Positions 25,881-40,345 of a stretch of 64,000 nt of DNA are shown one piece after another. Under the pieces are notes generated by a model. The model made no database searches, was not told where the DNA came from, and saw nothing but the letters and a program-made list of their open reading frames with translations. The DNA is taken from NCBI RefSeq assembly GCF_018977255.1, contig NW_024704743.1, forward strand, positions 87,360,001-87,424,000. The letters run 5' to 3'. Each line of letters starts with the position of its first letter. Within the stretch, counting starts at the first letter, position 1. The stretch comes from Callorhinchus milii. Lineage: Eukaryota. The position numbers were made by a program, and so were the translations under genes.

Positions 25881-27977
25881 GTACACAGCTTTTCCCCTTT
25901 TTATGCACTTGGGCGTTTTTTGGTGTAATAAAATGTTTCCATGTCTCTCTTTCTCTCTCTCTATGATATGATAGAGTATATGCAGACACATTACTGATGC
26001 CCTTCATTGTGTAATGAATAACCAATGAAAATAATCTGTTATTAATTATTTTTTTCCTCTATGTTTGAGCATTATGGACCTTCCCTGCACTCTTACCATC
26101 TCATTCCTGGTCTAGCATTTACTTTGTGAACTTGGTGCTCCACTTTATATGCACAATTATTTTGACAGTGAACCTAATTATATTAAGATTCACTATCTCC
26201 AATGCTCTCTCCACCCTTGTTATCTGATTCATTCCCCACTAACCAGGTCCAATACTGCCCTATTCCTTGTTGGACTTGTGATATACTCATGTAGAAAACA
26301 TCCAGAAAACAGTCTTAACATCCCCTCTCTGTTTTGTTGACAAGCATTAGCTCTCGTCCCTTGGGAAAATTGAAGACCCCAATAATAGCGACTGGCTTTG
26401 TCCTACGAAATTCTCTTATTTGGAGTCCATAAAGATCACTGAAAGATTGTAAAGAATACATTATTATTTACTTCTACTCAGATTGATTCAATCGGAATAC
26501 CATACTTAATATCTACTTTCTCTCAGTGACCTTTATAAACTCAGATTAATATTGCTACACCATCTCCCTTCTTGCCTTCACTGACTGTCCTGAAATTTCT
26601 GCAGACAGGGATATTTAACTCCCTCGCCATGTTTCTGTCAAGGCTATGACATAATAGTTTTCAACAGTAATTATGCTGTCCCGCTCCATGACCTTTATTT
26701 CATTCCCTCTTCACAGAGCTTCTATTTTATTCGGAATCTTTTTCTAAAAGCGATTCATCCTTTTTGGATAATTAGACCTTATACCCCATCCTCTGAGATT
26801 TGTCTACTTTTTCTCTAGCCTTTTTTACCTCCATTGAACCTATGTTCCCACTGTTAATTGACCACGCATTCGGTCATCTTTCCTCTCCTGACACCCTTTG
26901 GCTCCCACCCCCAGCTCAGGTGCCTTGCCAGTATTGTTAAACGCCTTGGGACATCCTCCCAATGTGAAAGGAACTATTTAAATGTACATTTCTATTGTAT
27001 TGTAATTGTTCTTTAAAACTATCTGGTTCCAAGCTAGCTGCATAATTCATTTAATTTTTCCCCTCCCCTCTTTCATTTTAGTTTCAACTCTTCTCCCACA
27101 ACTTCTGACTAATGAGGCTATTAGTCCCAGCCCTGTTCAGGTGTAGACCTTGCCTTCTCAGAACTAATCCGAATGCCCAGAAAGCTGAATCCTGTCCATC
27201 GAACATCCTTTTGCATTATGTCTTTACAATATAATATAAATTTCCATTTGTATGGTGCCTTTCACGTTAGGAGGATGACTCAAGGTGCTGTATTTAACCT
27301 TCCTAATCTCTCTTCCTGTTCTAGTTCTGTTGGCGTTATTGCTTGTGACTGCCTTCCACCAAGCAAGCACCTTGAACACATCTTCAGTGCTAAATATTTA
27401 TTTGCCAAAGCAATGATGCCCACCAGGACTTTTGCAGTCCCTTTACACTCTTCTTCCATTCTTTATAGCAAAATAGAATACTTTTGCAATGGAGCAGGCC
27501 ATTCAACCTCATGTTATGTTAATGACTGGCGCTGTTGGCCTGGACAGAATAGTAATTATTTTCTACCAACCTATCTGGCCATTAGGTGATTACCTTTTGA
27601 AATGAGCATGCCAGAAACCCCTCAACCCCTGCAATTCCTTAAATTTAGCAAATTCAAGCTTAAGTGAATTCAGCTTGCTCTGGGCCCTTAAACAGGCCAA
27701 CAATTCCCACACTTGGAAGAGATTTCTTTGTCTTGCCATTTTGCCTCTGCTGAACTCTTATCTCTGTAGTCTGCACAGATCAGTCAGTAATTCTTGCTCA
27801 CATTTTAAATCTGCAAAGCTGCTGGAAGAGGATCACTTCCAGCTGTAAAGTAGAATTTTATGGATTTCACCCTTTTTTTCTATTAGTAAATTGATGTTGG
27901 GTTATTGTATTTACTGTTAACAATTTGTACAATGTGTGTGTGTTCAGGTTGATGATATTCTTGTGACCTATTTGCAG

Positions 27978-28091
27978 ATTCTGTATGTGCCTGATCCTGA
28001 CTACATCTCCAGCGTAGAGAGTTCTCCATCGCTGAGCCCTGTCAGCCCTTTGTCACCAACCTCTTCAGAGACCGAGTTTGATAAACCTACG
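27978..28091 (+). CDS. OXR1: OXR1 coding exon ILYVPDPDYISSVESSPSLSPVSPLSPTSSETEFDKPT (end of LysM plus Ser/Pro-rich linker)
   Basis: tttgcAG acceptor and GTAGGA donor; 114 nt, phase 0-0. Lies within ORF 27936..28124. Confidence 0.95.
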
Positions 28092-31000
28092 GTAGGAATT
28101 GGGAGAGGGAGAAAAGTCTTTTGAATTCTGTTGAGGACAGGTTTGCAAACTTCAAATATAATTCATTTGAAACAGATGGTAATTCATTGGGTAGGAATCC
28201 AGGGAGTTTCTCCTGGTGCCCTGCTCAATCATCCCTCAATAGAATTGGTTATACTCTTCATCGCTGGTTGTGGGACATTGCTATGCTCAAATTGGCTGTA
28301 CACTTACCTGCAAAATACATGCTCACTCCACTTTACAGTATATCCTATGAAGCACTTTGAGGTGTCTTCCTGAGGTGAAAGGTGCTATACAAAATATGAG
28401 TATTATAACCATTCTCAAGAGGTGCTTGCACTGAGAATTCTTTCCTATACTACTTCTAACCAAAATTTACTCAGAGAGTTCCTCCCAGGACTTTTGCACA
28501 TGGGAATTCATTAAGCTGACTCACTTGTCCACTTTTCTTGTCTGCTATTTCTTAATAGTGGAGCATTGTATGGGCAATCATGAATTTGGATAGGAGGGAT
28601 AAAAAAAACTTTGAAGTAGAATACATATAAAGCAAACATCAATGCCATACCATTGGCTTTAAACACCCAGTCTGAGTTGCAGTATATGTGTCTGTAAACA
28701 AAGAAAACGCCACTACATCGATAAAAGGAAAACATTGTATGAAGGAAACCTGAATTAAAATCAGAACATTACGGAAATGTACAACTGGTCAGTTGACACC
28801 TAAAGGGGGAAAGAACCATGCTGCTTATTGATATGATAAATATAATTATTGTTGTGATGAATATAATTTTTTCCCCCAAGAGGGGGTGATTTTTCTAAAG
28901 GTTGGTGAATTTACCAACCTATAGAAAAAAGGTTGTGTAGTTAGGAACCTCAGATGCTCTACATTTACAAACCTTTGTGGTATGGACACATAATGGGAAA
29001 TTGCATTAAAAATCGCACCGTACGGTTTTGTGTATTGTTGGCTAACATAATCTTTTGGATGCTAGCCATAAATCCCAAGGTATCGGGGGAGCAGTGAAGA
29101 AGTTGCAGGTGCCTGGCATGGACTGCTCTGGGTAACATAAGGGTCCAACTTGTGGGTATAAATATTGTTCAGTACTTGGCTGTGAGTTCCCTGCACTCCA
29201 CATGTGATGTTTGGATTGCATTATTTGGTAGGTTTACTCAATACCTGAGGGTATATAATAAAATGTGAGAACTTCAATCCTTGCAATTGATATAGAGCCT
29301 TATCAAAACAAACATTTCGAAGCAGCTGTCTTTTGCAGCATCTGCCCATGTGTAAAATCTCCTGCAGGTGATTGTCAATGTCATGATGAGAAAGAATTAA
29401 CAAGGACATCTCAGGGGTCACCAAGTGGATCTTGCTGTGTATTTGTGTCAGTTATGCTTGGTGGGCAGCATTTTCATCTTTGCATCATATGGCTGTAGAT
29501 TCAAGATTTACAATGGGATTTAACATAAGAACATAAGAAATGCTAGACGAAAAAAGACCAAAGTACAAATTTGAGCTCCTAACCCACACTGAACCTCTCG
29601 TGTATTACTGGAGCATCATAATACTGTTAGTCATGCTTTCCTTGGAAATAAGATGTTAAACAAAGGTATTATCTTACTGTTCTGGTGGTTCAGATTTATG
29701 TTACAGATTCTGTAATGCTGCTTTGAAAAGCAACTGGACTTCCATTTTATTATGGCGTCTGGGATGCTGCTGGTTAGCAGTTGCTACAATTAAAAAACTT
29801 GTTATGTGAAGCACATGGAGATGCTTTAGTTTGATGAAGTGTTACCTTAATTTCCCCTGCAACATAGGCCAGCATAATATTCCAATACAGTACAAGAGAC
29901 GTGCTGCATTATTGGAAGTGCTGCTCTTTGGATGAGTTGTTAAACTGAGGACCAACCCTTCAGGTAGATGTTCAAATTTCCATTGCAAAAAAGAGATGGG
30001 CATTTCTTCCTAGGGTCCTGGTCAACATTCACCCAGATAACCTTGGTCATTCACTTCTTGACTGTTTGTGGACATTAAAAATAATAATAAATTGGTCACT
30101 TCAATTCACGACTGTTTGAGGGACACTGCTGTGCGCAATTGGCTGCTACATTTCGCCCACAAAAATATACAGTCAATTCACTTTACAGTATATTCTGTGA
30201 AACGATTTGAGACATCTAGAAGATGTGTTAAGGTGCTATATCAAATGCAAGGATTGTTGTTATTGCTTGCAAATCGGCTGTCACATTTGCCTACAAAATA
30301 CACAGTGGTTGCACTTTATAGTAAATCCTTGAAGAGTTTTGAGACGTCAACCCGATGTGAAAAGCACAATAGCAAATGCAAGAATTCTTATTTATCATTA
30401 TTATTAGTATTATTGGCGAGTGATAATTTATTTCAGGTTTTATGACAGCACAGCTCGCTTCGGAATTTCCCGAATGAAAAGCTTAAAGAAGTGGAGCTGC
30501 TTTCATTGGAAGATAGAGCGTTCCTAGGGCGCCATTAAAGAAGATATCAAAATTCTGAAAGGGTTTTAGAGGTAAACAGCGAGAGATTATTTCCCACTAG
30601 TTATTGAATTGGAACAAGAGGGTATAAAATTAAGATTAGTGTTAGAAATATAATCGGGAGGTAAGAAGAAAGATTTCAACAAACAGATCACCATAATGGC
30701 CATTAAAGCTGAATCACTTCTATAATTTTGAAGGTAATTAGATCCACTTGAATAAAATCTAAACGAGAAACATATCTAAAATAGATAGTTCAATTAGGGC
30801 GATAGCATGACAGTGGCACCATAGGCCAATTGGCCTCCTGTGATGTAATGTGATGAATAGGGTGGTCAAACAGGGTGGTCTCTTATATGTAAGCAAATCT
30901 GTACAAAGGGAATTACAGTGTTTTTACTCATTTAATTAACCAATGTGAATATGGTTTGAGAAGTGAAGAGTTTTTCCTGGTGTCCTGGCCAACAATCCTC

Positions 31001-34000
31001 CAGACAATAATATTGGTCATTCACATTATGGCTGTTTGTGGGATGTTGCTGTGCACAAGTTGTCGGCCTTGTTCACCTACAAATACACAGTCATTTCACT
31101 TTACAGTATATCAAGTGAAGCATTTCAAGATGTTTCAAGGATGTAATGAATTACTCTTATCAGATGCAAGGATCATTCTTAACTATGATTATTAATTGTG
31201 TAATTGACACCTAATCCATTTAATTGGTTTACAGACAGCACATAATAGACACCCATAGAGTTGCTTTAAAGTGTAGTGACTGCTGCCAAATGTGACAGCT
31301 AATGTGGCCGAGAATCATCTAGTAAACAGCAGTGAGATGAATGACCAATTAATTAATGTGGGGGAAGAGTGCTACATTTATTTTCCTGTCATTAATTACT
31401 TTGATTTAAGATGCAGTTAAAATTGTGAGGGGGAAAAAAAATGGGTTTATACATTCAGATAAAATGACATGTTTTTCCTGTCAATGATAAAAACAGTTCA
31501 CCAGTGATGATGCAGAAAGGCAGTGAAAGTTCATTTGCTGACTATGTAATTGGGTGCTTGCAGTGTTTCAGCTGTTCTTTCTATTTGCCGTGGTTGGTTT
31601 GACATGCCATTAATTTTGCGGCTGCAGCCTGTGCTGGCTAGCGTCTGTTAAGTGGAACTGTGCTGCTTATTCATCAGCCTCTTGCTGGCAAATAGTTGCA
31701 GTTCCTGTTGTGCATTTCTAAATATAGTCATAGCAGCAGCGAGGGGCTAGCGAAGAGAAGCGGGCGGACATTATTAGCTGGAAAAATAACTCTAATTTGT
31801 CTCAACATCATTTCTGCACAGACTGCTTTTTGGTGACTTTGATTGACACGATGACGTGCTGGCTTTCAATCTTAAGTTATTTTCTTTCTCTTAATTACAA
31901 GGAGTATATATATATTATTTTGATTTAAATTGCCCAGGATCCCATTGAAATGTAATTGCTATATGAAAAGAACCATTTGCCACGCCTGTTTTATTTTGTG
32001 TTTTCCTGTGGTAACAGGGGGGTCCTTATTCATAGTATGGAATCCAAGTAAATATGTATCATATGTTTATTTATTTACGGTTACTGTTCGTGCTTGGACA
32101 GACCCGATGTCTGCCACTGGCAAACATAACGCTGTCACTACCCACAGAATCTTGTAGCCGCTTTGATAGAATGTTATAGCACACAAAGAAGCCATTCGAC
32201 CCATCACACAACAGTCTGCCTGTTCAGGTGGATGTTAAAGATCCTATGGCACTATTCAAAAAGAGAGGGAGTTTTTCCCAGTTTCCTGGCAAACAAATCT
32301 CCCAAATAAATTTGGTCACTCATTCCACGGCTGTTTGTGGGACACTGCTGTGTGCAGTTGGCTGCCGTGTTTCACCCACAAAATACACAGTCTATTCACT
32401 TTACAGTATATTCTATGAAGCGCTTTGAGATGTCTCAATGACGTTATAATGCGCTATATCAAATGCAAGGATTATTGTTATTGTTATCTGGTTCCCTCTT
32501 GAAAGTTAATATAGTTCCTGCCTCGACCAACACCTAGCAGGTATTCTATATCCTAACAACTTGCCATATAAAACAAAATCCTCCTAATTTCCCCTTTTGC
32601 TGGTGATCTTAAATTGATGCCCTCTTGTCACCAATTAGCAGAAATAATTTCTCCCTAACATATTAAATCCCTTCTTAATTTTAAAAATCTCCCAACAGAT
32701 CACTTATCAACCTCCTCACGCCTATCACCCTAATCCTTGACAGGCTCCCTATTCCACAAAAGTTAGATTTCAAGTGATTTTCCATTTTAAACCATTTTTT
32801 GAGCATGCCTTCTGGGTTCTCCTCTATTTCCACGTCCACCTACCCCAGGTTTGCGGTTTGCATGTGCACTGTGCTTAGGTTGCAATCCCGGTGCTCTTTC
32901 TGAATCCTGGGATTTTAATGTCCCAGATCCCGAGATGCTAAACAGTGCCTCGGAAAAACGCCAAGAGTCACACATATGCATTCCCAGTACATCACTGCAG
33001 AAAAAGGCGCATTAAATATTTTCACTGGCAACCAGCAAGGCAGTACAAAAAAACAGCCAGGCGACAGCTCTATGTCCCACATGCACAGTTGGACAATTTG
33101 CAAATATTTTGCATACCATTCTGCTTTTAAATAGTTTGAGAACAATTTCTGACTTTCTCTGGTTGTGTGCACTGTTCTCTTGTGCAGTTGCAATGTGATT
33201 TAACTCAAGTGCTACAATTACCCAACTTACAATTTGCGAATTGAAATTTGCTTATCTTGCATCATGGTGTTGGAAAGGTTGGTATTCTACCCACTTGAAT
33301 GAACATATTTTCTTAGAGACTTCAGTGAATTCAGACTTCTTTCTTGACAATTCTGAGTTTCTCAGCAAACACGGCTTGCTTCGCACAAGAGTTTGTGGTT
33401 CTTGTATTAGTGAATGAATCATTTTGATATTTGAAAGTCTACACTTGAAACGCTAAGGTGTCAACTTCAACACTTCTAATGAAGCCTTTGCATTTGATGT
33501 CGTGGATATCAGAGTAGAAGGTGTTTAATCTCTAACACTAGCATAAAACTGATCTTCTAATATAACCGTAAAATGAATCATGTTTCCTAAAATAATAATA
33601 TATAATAATAATCCTTGCATTTGATATAGTGCCTTATCACATCTTCGAGATGTCTCAAAGCGCTTCACAGCATATATTGTAAAGTGAATCGACTGTATAT
33701 TTTGTGGGCAAAATGGGGCAGCCAATTGCGCACAGCAGTGTCCCACTTGCAAGGATTATATTAATAATCCTTGCATTTGATATAGTGTCTTATCACATCG
33801 TTGAGACGTCTCAAGTGCTTCACAGAATATATTGTAAAGTGGATTGACTGTGGATTTTGTGGGCGAATATGTGACCGTCCCACCTGGGCTCTTTAGAATA
33901 TTACATGAGCATGGTGGCTTTTCACAGACAGAGGCACACCTTATATAATTCACAATTTGTGTTACAATATAACTAGCACGCGTTCACAATAACACGTTGC

Positions 34001-37000
34001 CTTACTTGTATTTTAGCCATGCAAGAAACCAGATCCTTAATACAATGTTCACAATTAATACAATGTTCACAAAATTACCAAGCACAGTGTCTTGATTGCA
34101 AGGGTGGTTTGTAATGAAAACCTAATAATTAACATAGTCGATTTGGTCACTTGGGATCTGAAGGTTGTTGGTTCAATTCTCAACGGGTATAAACACCAGC
34201 ATAAACTTAATTAAACTGAATATGCCAGTTTCAATGCTGTGGGGTTCTATTGCTGTATTTTTTATGACGGATTGAAGCAGAAAGAGGCTTTTAAATTAAT
34301 ATTTGTTTATAAGGTGGGTTTCCCCAGAGTGATGGGCAAAAAAGCCATTCAGTTAACAAGAGTCGATGTGATCGCTGGAGATAGCATACAATTTGAGACA
34401 TCTCCTTGCCTAACTGGAAGTACACAGCTGTTCACTCCAATGGGGTCAGCTGCACACATGTCTTTCCTCTCATCTTGGCAGTTTCTCTGCGTATTTATCT
34501 CTTTGTCAGTCTTGTTCTTCTCATTTGAAAGGCTGTCTATCATCGTGAGATTTATGCTGTAGAATCAGTGTTGGAAAGACTCTTTTTGCAATCTGTAAAA
34601 TAAATTGTCGTATGAACTACCTTCCAGTGGATCTATTTCTACAGATTAACGATCTTATAGAAACATTTGCCGCACTGATATTGTGCTACTAAAACTGCCG
34701 GATAGCTCTCCTGCTACCCTTCCCCTTTCCAAACAACTGCTAACGTGGTACTACACTTCATTTGACCTTTACAACCCTTATATTTTGCAAATGTTGTGCC
34801 TTTTCACCCAGTAGTGCCATTCCTCTGTTTAGCCCTAGGCTTAAGGCTACCGGTGTTAAAGTGCAGTTGGTGCTGAGTTGAAGAGATGAGCAGTTGTCCT
34901 TTTAGACTCTCAAAATGTTCGAAGCATTCATTCTTTCCCTGCTACATTGGGATCAAAGGAGTACTTATCTTTCAGTTACATCAATCAACTCATTATCGGG
35001 ACAAGAGGAAAATTAAAGTCTCCACAGTACAGACATCTTACTCATAATCTTTCGTTTGTACAATTATATCTCCTCTCCTGAAACCATTTGATTTCTTATA
35101 TTTTCTTTCCCCCTTTTTAAGGCACAGTTTCATTTTTGACCTCATAGATCTTACAAATAACCATTATTCATGTGGGAGTCTAGACAGTGATTGCTGGTGG
35201 GCTATTTGCTCATAGGGCCACCACAGCCAAGCTAGATCCTGTCCTCTCCCAATGCTCACATTCATACATCTTCCAGGAGGTGTCTCTGGGTAGGAATCAG
35301 GATTGAGAACATTGGCTATTTTCCACCTCACTAAACCCTAAGCATTGAGACCTAAATGCTACCCTGGTTGAGAAAAAGGTAGCTCAGTCTCAGGCTGTAC
35401 TGCATCCTTCCAATCTGTATGGTGATAGTGCTGCATCAGTCAGTGCCTTTACCCGCTAAATCATTGAGGGAGCACCTCATCTGTTTTTAAACAAATTGCC
35501 TCCTAGTACAAGTGGCAAACAGCAGTTATTGGGAAAAAAACAGTTGAAAACTGTTGGAGGACCTCACTGTAGCTGGAAGTGAATTAAATTTGGAAATCTA
35601 CAAATGTCTGATGAATCTTCCCGAAAATGGTTGGTTAAAGGTGCTCCAGGAACTCACAACGTGGGGTAACCTAATTTTCATTGCAGCAGAGCAGACTTAA
35701 CTAGAACAGCCGATCACAGAGGGGCAGCGTTTGGTGTGTTATTTAAGCTATGCAGCCAGTTTTTAGTTCTGCCGTGTGCATATGCTGATTGATTCCACTG
35801 GGGCAGATGATAACAAACCAAGTCCTGCTTCCATTTGACCTGAAGAGGCGTACCTTTGTATTAATGCAGTGATTCAGTGGTCTGTTAAATGTAGCTGAGC
35901 CCACACAGTAGCAACTCTAAACTTAACAAGCACACATCACCAAATGAAGGTGCTTATGCCCAGCATTTACTTACAGACAAGTGACAGAGCAAAAGAAAAC
36001 CTAATTGATCCTGAGGCAAGTTAATGATTTATAGGCTCCCAAATGTATTCTTACTTATAAGCAATTTAGTTGCATTTGTAATCGGATTATCCAGGATAGA
36101 CTTATTCAAATATACTGAACTCCGCCTGATAGTCCAATAGTTAAAGTAATCATCTGGTACATTGCTCAGCTTTACAGCCAGTAAAATTGCAGGATTGACT
36201 CCCAGGATGTACTGAGTTGCCTGATCTCAGCCAAGACAACAATGGAGATGGTAAAATTAGCTTCAACACCAATGGGTTATAGCAAGGGAAATCATCCAGG
36301 TTCCTATTCATAGTCACCATTCAGAATTCCCTGAATGAAGCTGTGTGTCTGCAGACGTCGGGTACAGACAACAAAAGGCTTAACTGATCTCTTTTCCGCC
36401 CATTTCCCCAAATTGAATAGTTTGTCGTACACTTGCTGGCAAGGCTCACAGATAAATAATGGTCACTTAAATCAGGCCCTAGTAGAAGGGGAATGAAGGA
36501 TAGTAACACCTTTAAGAGAGGAGAAAAATTGGTTTAAGCAAAATAAATATACAATAATACAATAAATTATATAAATTATTATACAACAATTACAGGTTGC
36601 ATTTTTATAGTGCCATTCACACATTAGGGTAGAGCGCTTATACATTAAATAATTTTATATATTTGTATTATGAAAAGAGTACACTATATAGATCTTAAAT
36701 ACATTGAACCCTGGGGATATTGCACTAGTGTAATTTCTCTCTGAGCACACTGGGCAGACCGGTACTTCGAGTGATTGGGGATAATGACCACAACAAACTA
36801 GTTAGATTCCTGTTCCTGAAGAAAGTATAATAATACTAAGAGGAAGCTTTGTGCTTACATGACAGAATAGGGAATCGAGGGGTGTGGGAGAGGAGGTGTT
36901 AGATGGGGTGGAAATAACGTGTAATATAAACAACGGCATGGATCAGTTGAGCCAAATGCTCTTTCTGTGCTGTTATGTTCTAAGTAATACTGTCAAGGTC

Positions 37001-37097
37001 CTTTAAAATTGGGTACAAACAATATTTGCAGAACCTTAAAACCCGAGTTTGGGATCACCCCTAGTGGGGTGAACTTCATGTGAATATCCAGTGTATG

Positions 37098-39045
37098 TTT
37101 TTTTTAAACACAATATATCTATGTATTTGTTGATACACATTTATGCTCGTCTCAGACAATATCAAACGCGTTACAGAAAAGGAGATGCAACATTTTATCA
37201 TCCTGTTACAGAACTCAACACACCCGGCCTGTGGCGGGTGGGGTGGCCTCTGTGCACTCCACTTTGGTGAGGGATCAAGGCTTCCCCGCCTCGTGGTTCT
37301 GCCGCCATTTGTCGGGCGCAGTTACAAATGGGGTCTTGTACCTCCCACCTCCCTATCCCTCCCCTCTTCATGGGGAGCGTGGACAGGTTCACAGCACACA
37401 GGTTGTGCACACATTTTTTTGGACGCTCCCTTTAGGATGGTCGGGAATCGCCCCTGTGTGCACTACATCCATGTGCGCACCCACACACACCCTGATAAGG
37501 CTCACTTGCTGCTTTTGGATGGTGTCCCGATGTGCACTGTATGCTCACGCTTACCCAAACTCACGCCCTGAAACCTCGCAAACATAAACCGAGGGCAGCG
37601 CTGACTGGCCCAGATCTCGACTCTGCATGAAAGCCCTGAGGGGGAGGGCTCCTTTATCACCAGCCAAGGACGGTCAGGGCCGGTGACGAGATGTTTTGCC
37701 AGGCGTAGCTGGCTGTCGCCGTAGGGTACCTCCCAATCGGATCTGCCCTCTCCCCCTTTCGAACTGTTTTGACTACCTGTCACGTGGGCCACTTGGCTAT
37801 TGCACGGGGGTCTGGGATGGTGATCTTCAGGAATTTCTCAACATAGGATAGATGGTTTGGCATCCGGCCAACTGTGTGGAATGTTTCGAGGCAGTTCTGC
37901 CAGACCCACCCTTCTTAGCATCGGATTCAGATAGAAGCACAGCACGTAGCGGCATTTGTTGTCCACGTAGCGGGGCTCCAGGCACAGCCTCAGGCAGCCA
38001 CACAAAGGTGGCCACCAGGTTCAGAGCTACTTAGGGACTCCTTTCCCCCACCTTTTCTGGGGTTTTCTGCATCGTGTCTCTGCGAACACGATCCATCTTG
38101 GATCCTAGATCAGTTGGAAGACCTCTGGTGACTGCAGTGGTGTTGTTCCTGGTCAAAGGCCAGCCCTGGGCCACAGACAGTAACACCAAGAGGGCCTCAC
38201 ACGTTATCACCAGATTTTTCCAGTGATGGACAGCGAGCGCTGGTGCCACATCACCAGTTTCTTCCTCATTACGGCCTAGACACTCCTCACAGTGTTTGTG
38301 GCACGCCCCGGCAGCCCTGAACTAGATGCCGAGGACCTCGATGTAGTCTGGCTTCACCACAAAAGGTATGAGACTGCGTTCTTTCCAGTCGCCAAAATAC
38401 ATCGCCTCGCTTGTCTGGCGATGACCTTGGCTCCTGAGGCTTGTTAAACTGATCGCAGATGCCTAGCAGCTCGAGACCGATTTTTGGTCTGTGCAAAAGA
38501 TGGTGACATAGTCCACATACAGGGAGGCCTTGGCTTGTGTGCAGTGGTTGCCTGGGACTGTGACACCTCTGATGCTCTTGTCCCTCCTGATGGCCTATGC
38601 AGACAAACAGAGTGGGGGATAGAGGACAGCCCTGCCTTACTCCCAACTTGATGGGAATCAGCTCAGTCTCGTACCCGTCGACTCTGACTGCACTACAGAT
38701 GTCTGTGTAGAGCAGTCGGATCCACTTGTGTATTCCCTCCCCAAAACCCATTTTGGAGAGTACCTCATCCACGTAGACGGTGAGATACCCTGTCAAAGGC
38801 TTTCTTGTGATCAAGACTGATCAGTCAGGCCCTCACCGCCCCCCCCCCCCCCCACCGTTTTGCACAAAGGCGATGGTATCCTGAGCAAGGCTGTCGAGAT
38901 CCTTCGGCCCGGAACCATTCAGGTCTGGACTGGGTGTACTTCCCGCCTGAGGACAGTCTTTATCCTCTCGGAGATAACCTTGGCCAGTGTCTTATAGTCT
39001 ACATTCAGTAGCGATATCGGCTGCCAGTTCTTAATCCCATTCCTG
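37098..39045 (-). mobile_element. Degraded Tx1/L1-clade non-LTR retrotransposon (RT plus C-terminal region)
   Basis: The minus strand encodes KNWQPISLLNVDYKTLAKVISERIK (about 38950-39035), GVRQGCPLSPTLF, a degenerate catalytic motif SLYVDYV, and WQNISSP..WLVIK..CPR near 37590-37700. A T-run at about 37098 is the likely polyA end. Boundaries are approximate. Confidence 0.85.
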
Positions 39046-40152
39046 ATCTGCACCATTCCCGTGAGATGCATCTTTTGCTTCTTTCCATCCATCTACATTA
39101 CTGCACAGAGGCCTGCCAAGAAGATAACAAACGGAAATTGCTCTATACATTTTTTTAAAGTTTCATGGAACTGGTATTTCAGAAATATTGTACATTTGGA
39201 AAGTAGAAATTGAAGCTAGAATCCTAAAAGTGGTTTGCGCAAACTAGTAAGATTAAAGTTGAATTGAGAACAAGTGTCAATCTCGTATTGAAAGTCTCTT
39301 CTAGGCTGGTGAAAGCAATAAAGGTTGATACTAGGTTCCCATAGCTTATAAATGGGAAGAGGTAGGTAAAAGTGTTGTTGCAATATTATTGCAGCCCTTT
39401 CATTTGACTTGTTCCATTTGTAGGAAGCTCTAGAGACATAGCAGATCTTATTAACAGCCCACCTTGAATCCTGTGAACTGAGTAATGTTTTATAGCGTTT
39501 CGTTTTTCCCCAGCTAATAATTGCAATTTTTTTTAAAATATGCATTTCTAAGAAGACAGATTATAGTACTTGTTATCCTCAAAAGTTCCTTAGTGTGCAC
39601 ATAAATCATTTTTGCCCTCTGGAACATAATTTAAATGGCGGATCTATTGGGGTCTTTATGTTTCTTGCCCGAGTTCACTAGCATCAAGCGGGACAATAGC
39701 TTTGTTTAGTTTCAATAAGCGTGTGGCTCTCTGAGGTAGTTAGTGAGATTTATCCACAATCAATACAAAACAAAGCCATATATGACCCACAAAATACACA
39801 GTGAATCCACTTTAAAGTATATCCTGTGAAACACTTTGAGACATCTCGACAATGTGATAAACGCCTTGGAACATCCTCGAGACGTGAAAGGCACTATATA
39901 AATGCAATTTGTTATTATAATAATAATAATCCTTGCATTTTGATATCGTGCTTTTCACATCTTCGAGAAGTCTCAAAGCGCTTCACAGAATACACTAATA
40001 AGTGACTGCATATTTGTGGGTGAAACGCAGCAGCCAATTGCGCACAGCAGTGCCCCACAAGCAGTTGTGATCAAATTGAGTGACCAAATTATTATTATAA
40101 TTTTTTCTGAGGGATTATTATTCCCAGGAAAGTGATCCGTCAATCAACTAAC

Positions 40153-40345
40153 AGCTTCCTCCCTTTCCTCCTTCAAGGCTGGTCTCAAGACCTTTCTCTT
40201 CAACTGTGCCTTCAACTCCCCTCTCGACTCTCTACCCCCTCCTCGCTCCCTCCCTTCCCTCCCTGACCATTTCCCCCCTGCTCGGGTCCCGACCCAACTG
40301 TCCAGTGCCTTGGGATGTCCTCCCGACGTGAAAGGCGCTCTATAA
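40153..40345 (+). mobile_element. Short 3' fragment of the young L2 family
   Basis: Near reverse complement of 45150-45370. Related L2 3' fragments at about 312-700, 5670-5910, 12860-13302, 20080-20580, 23670-23885, 25385-25592, 40820-41090, 56250-56530 and 61200-61510. Confidence 0.88.
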
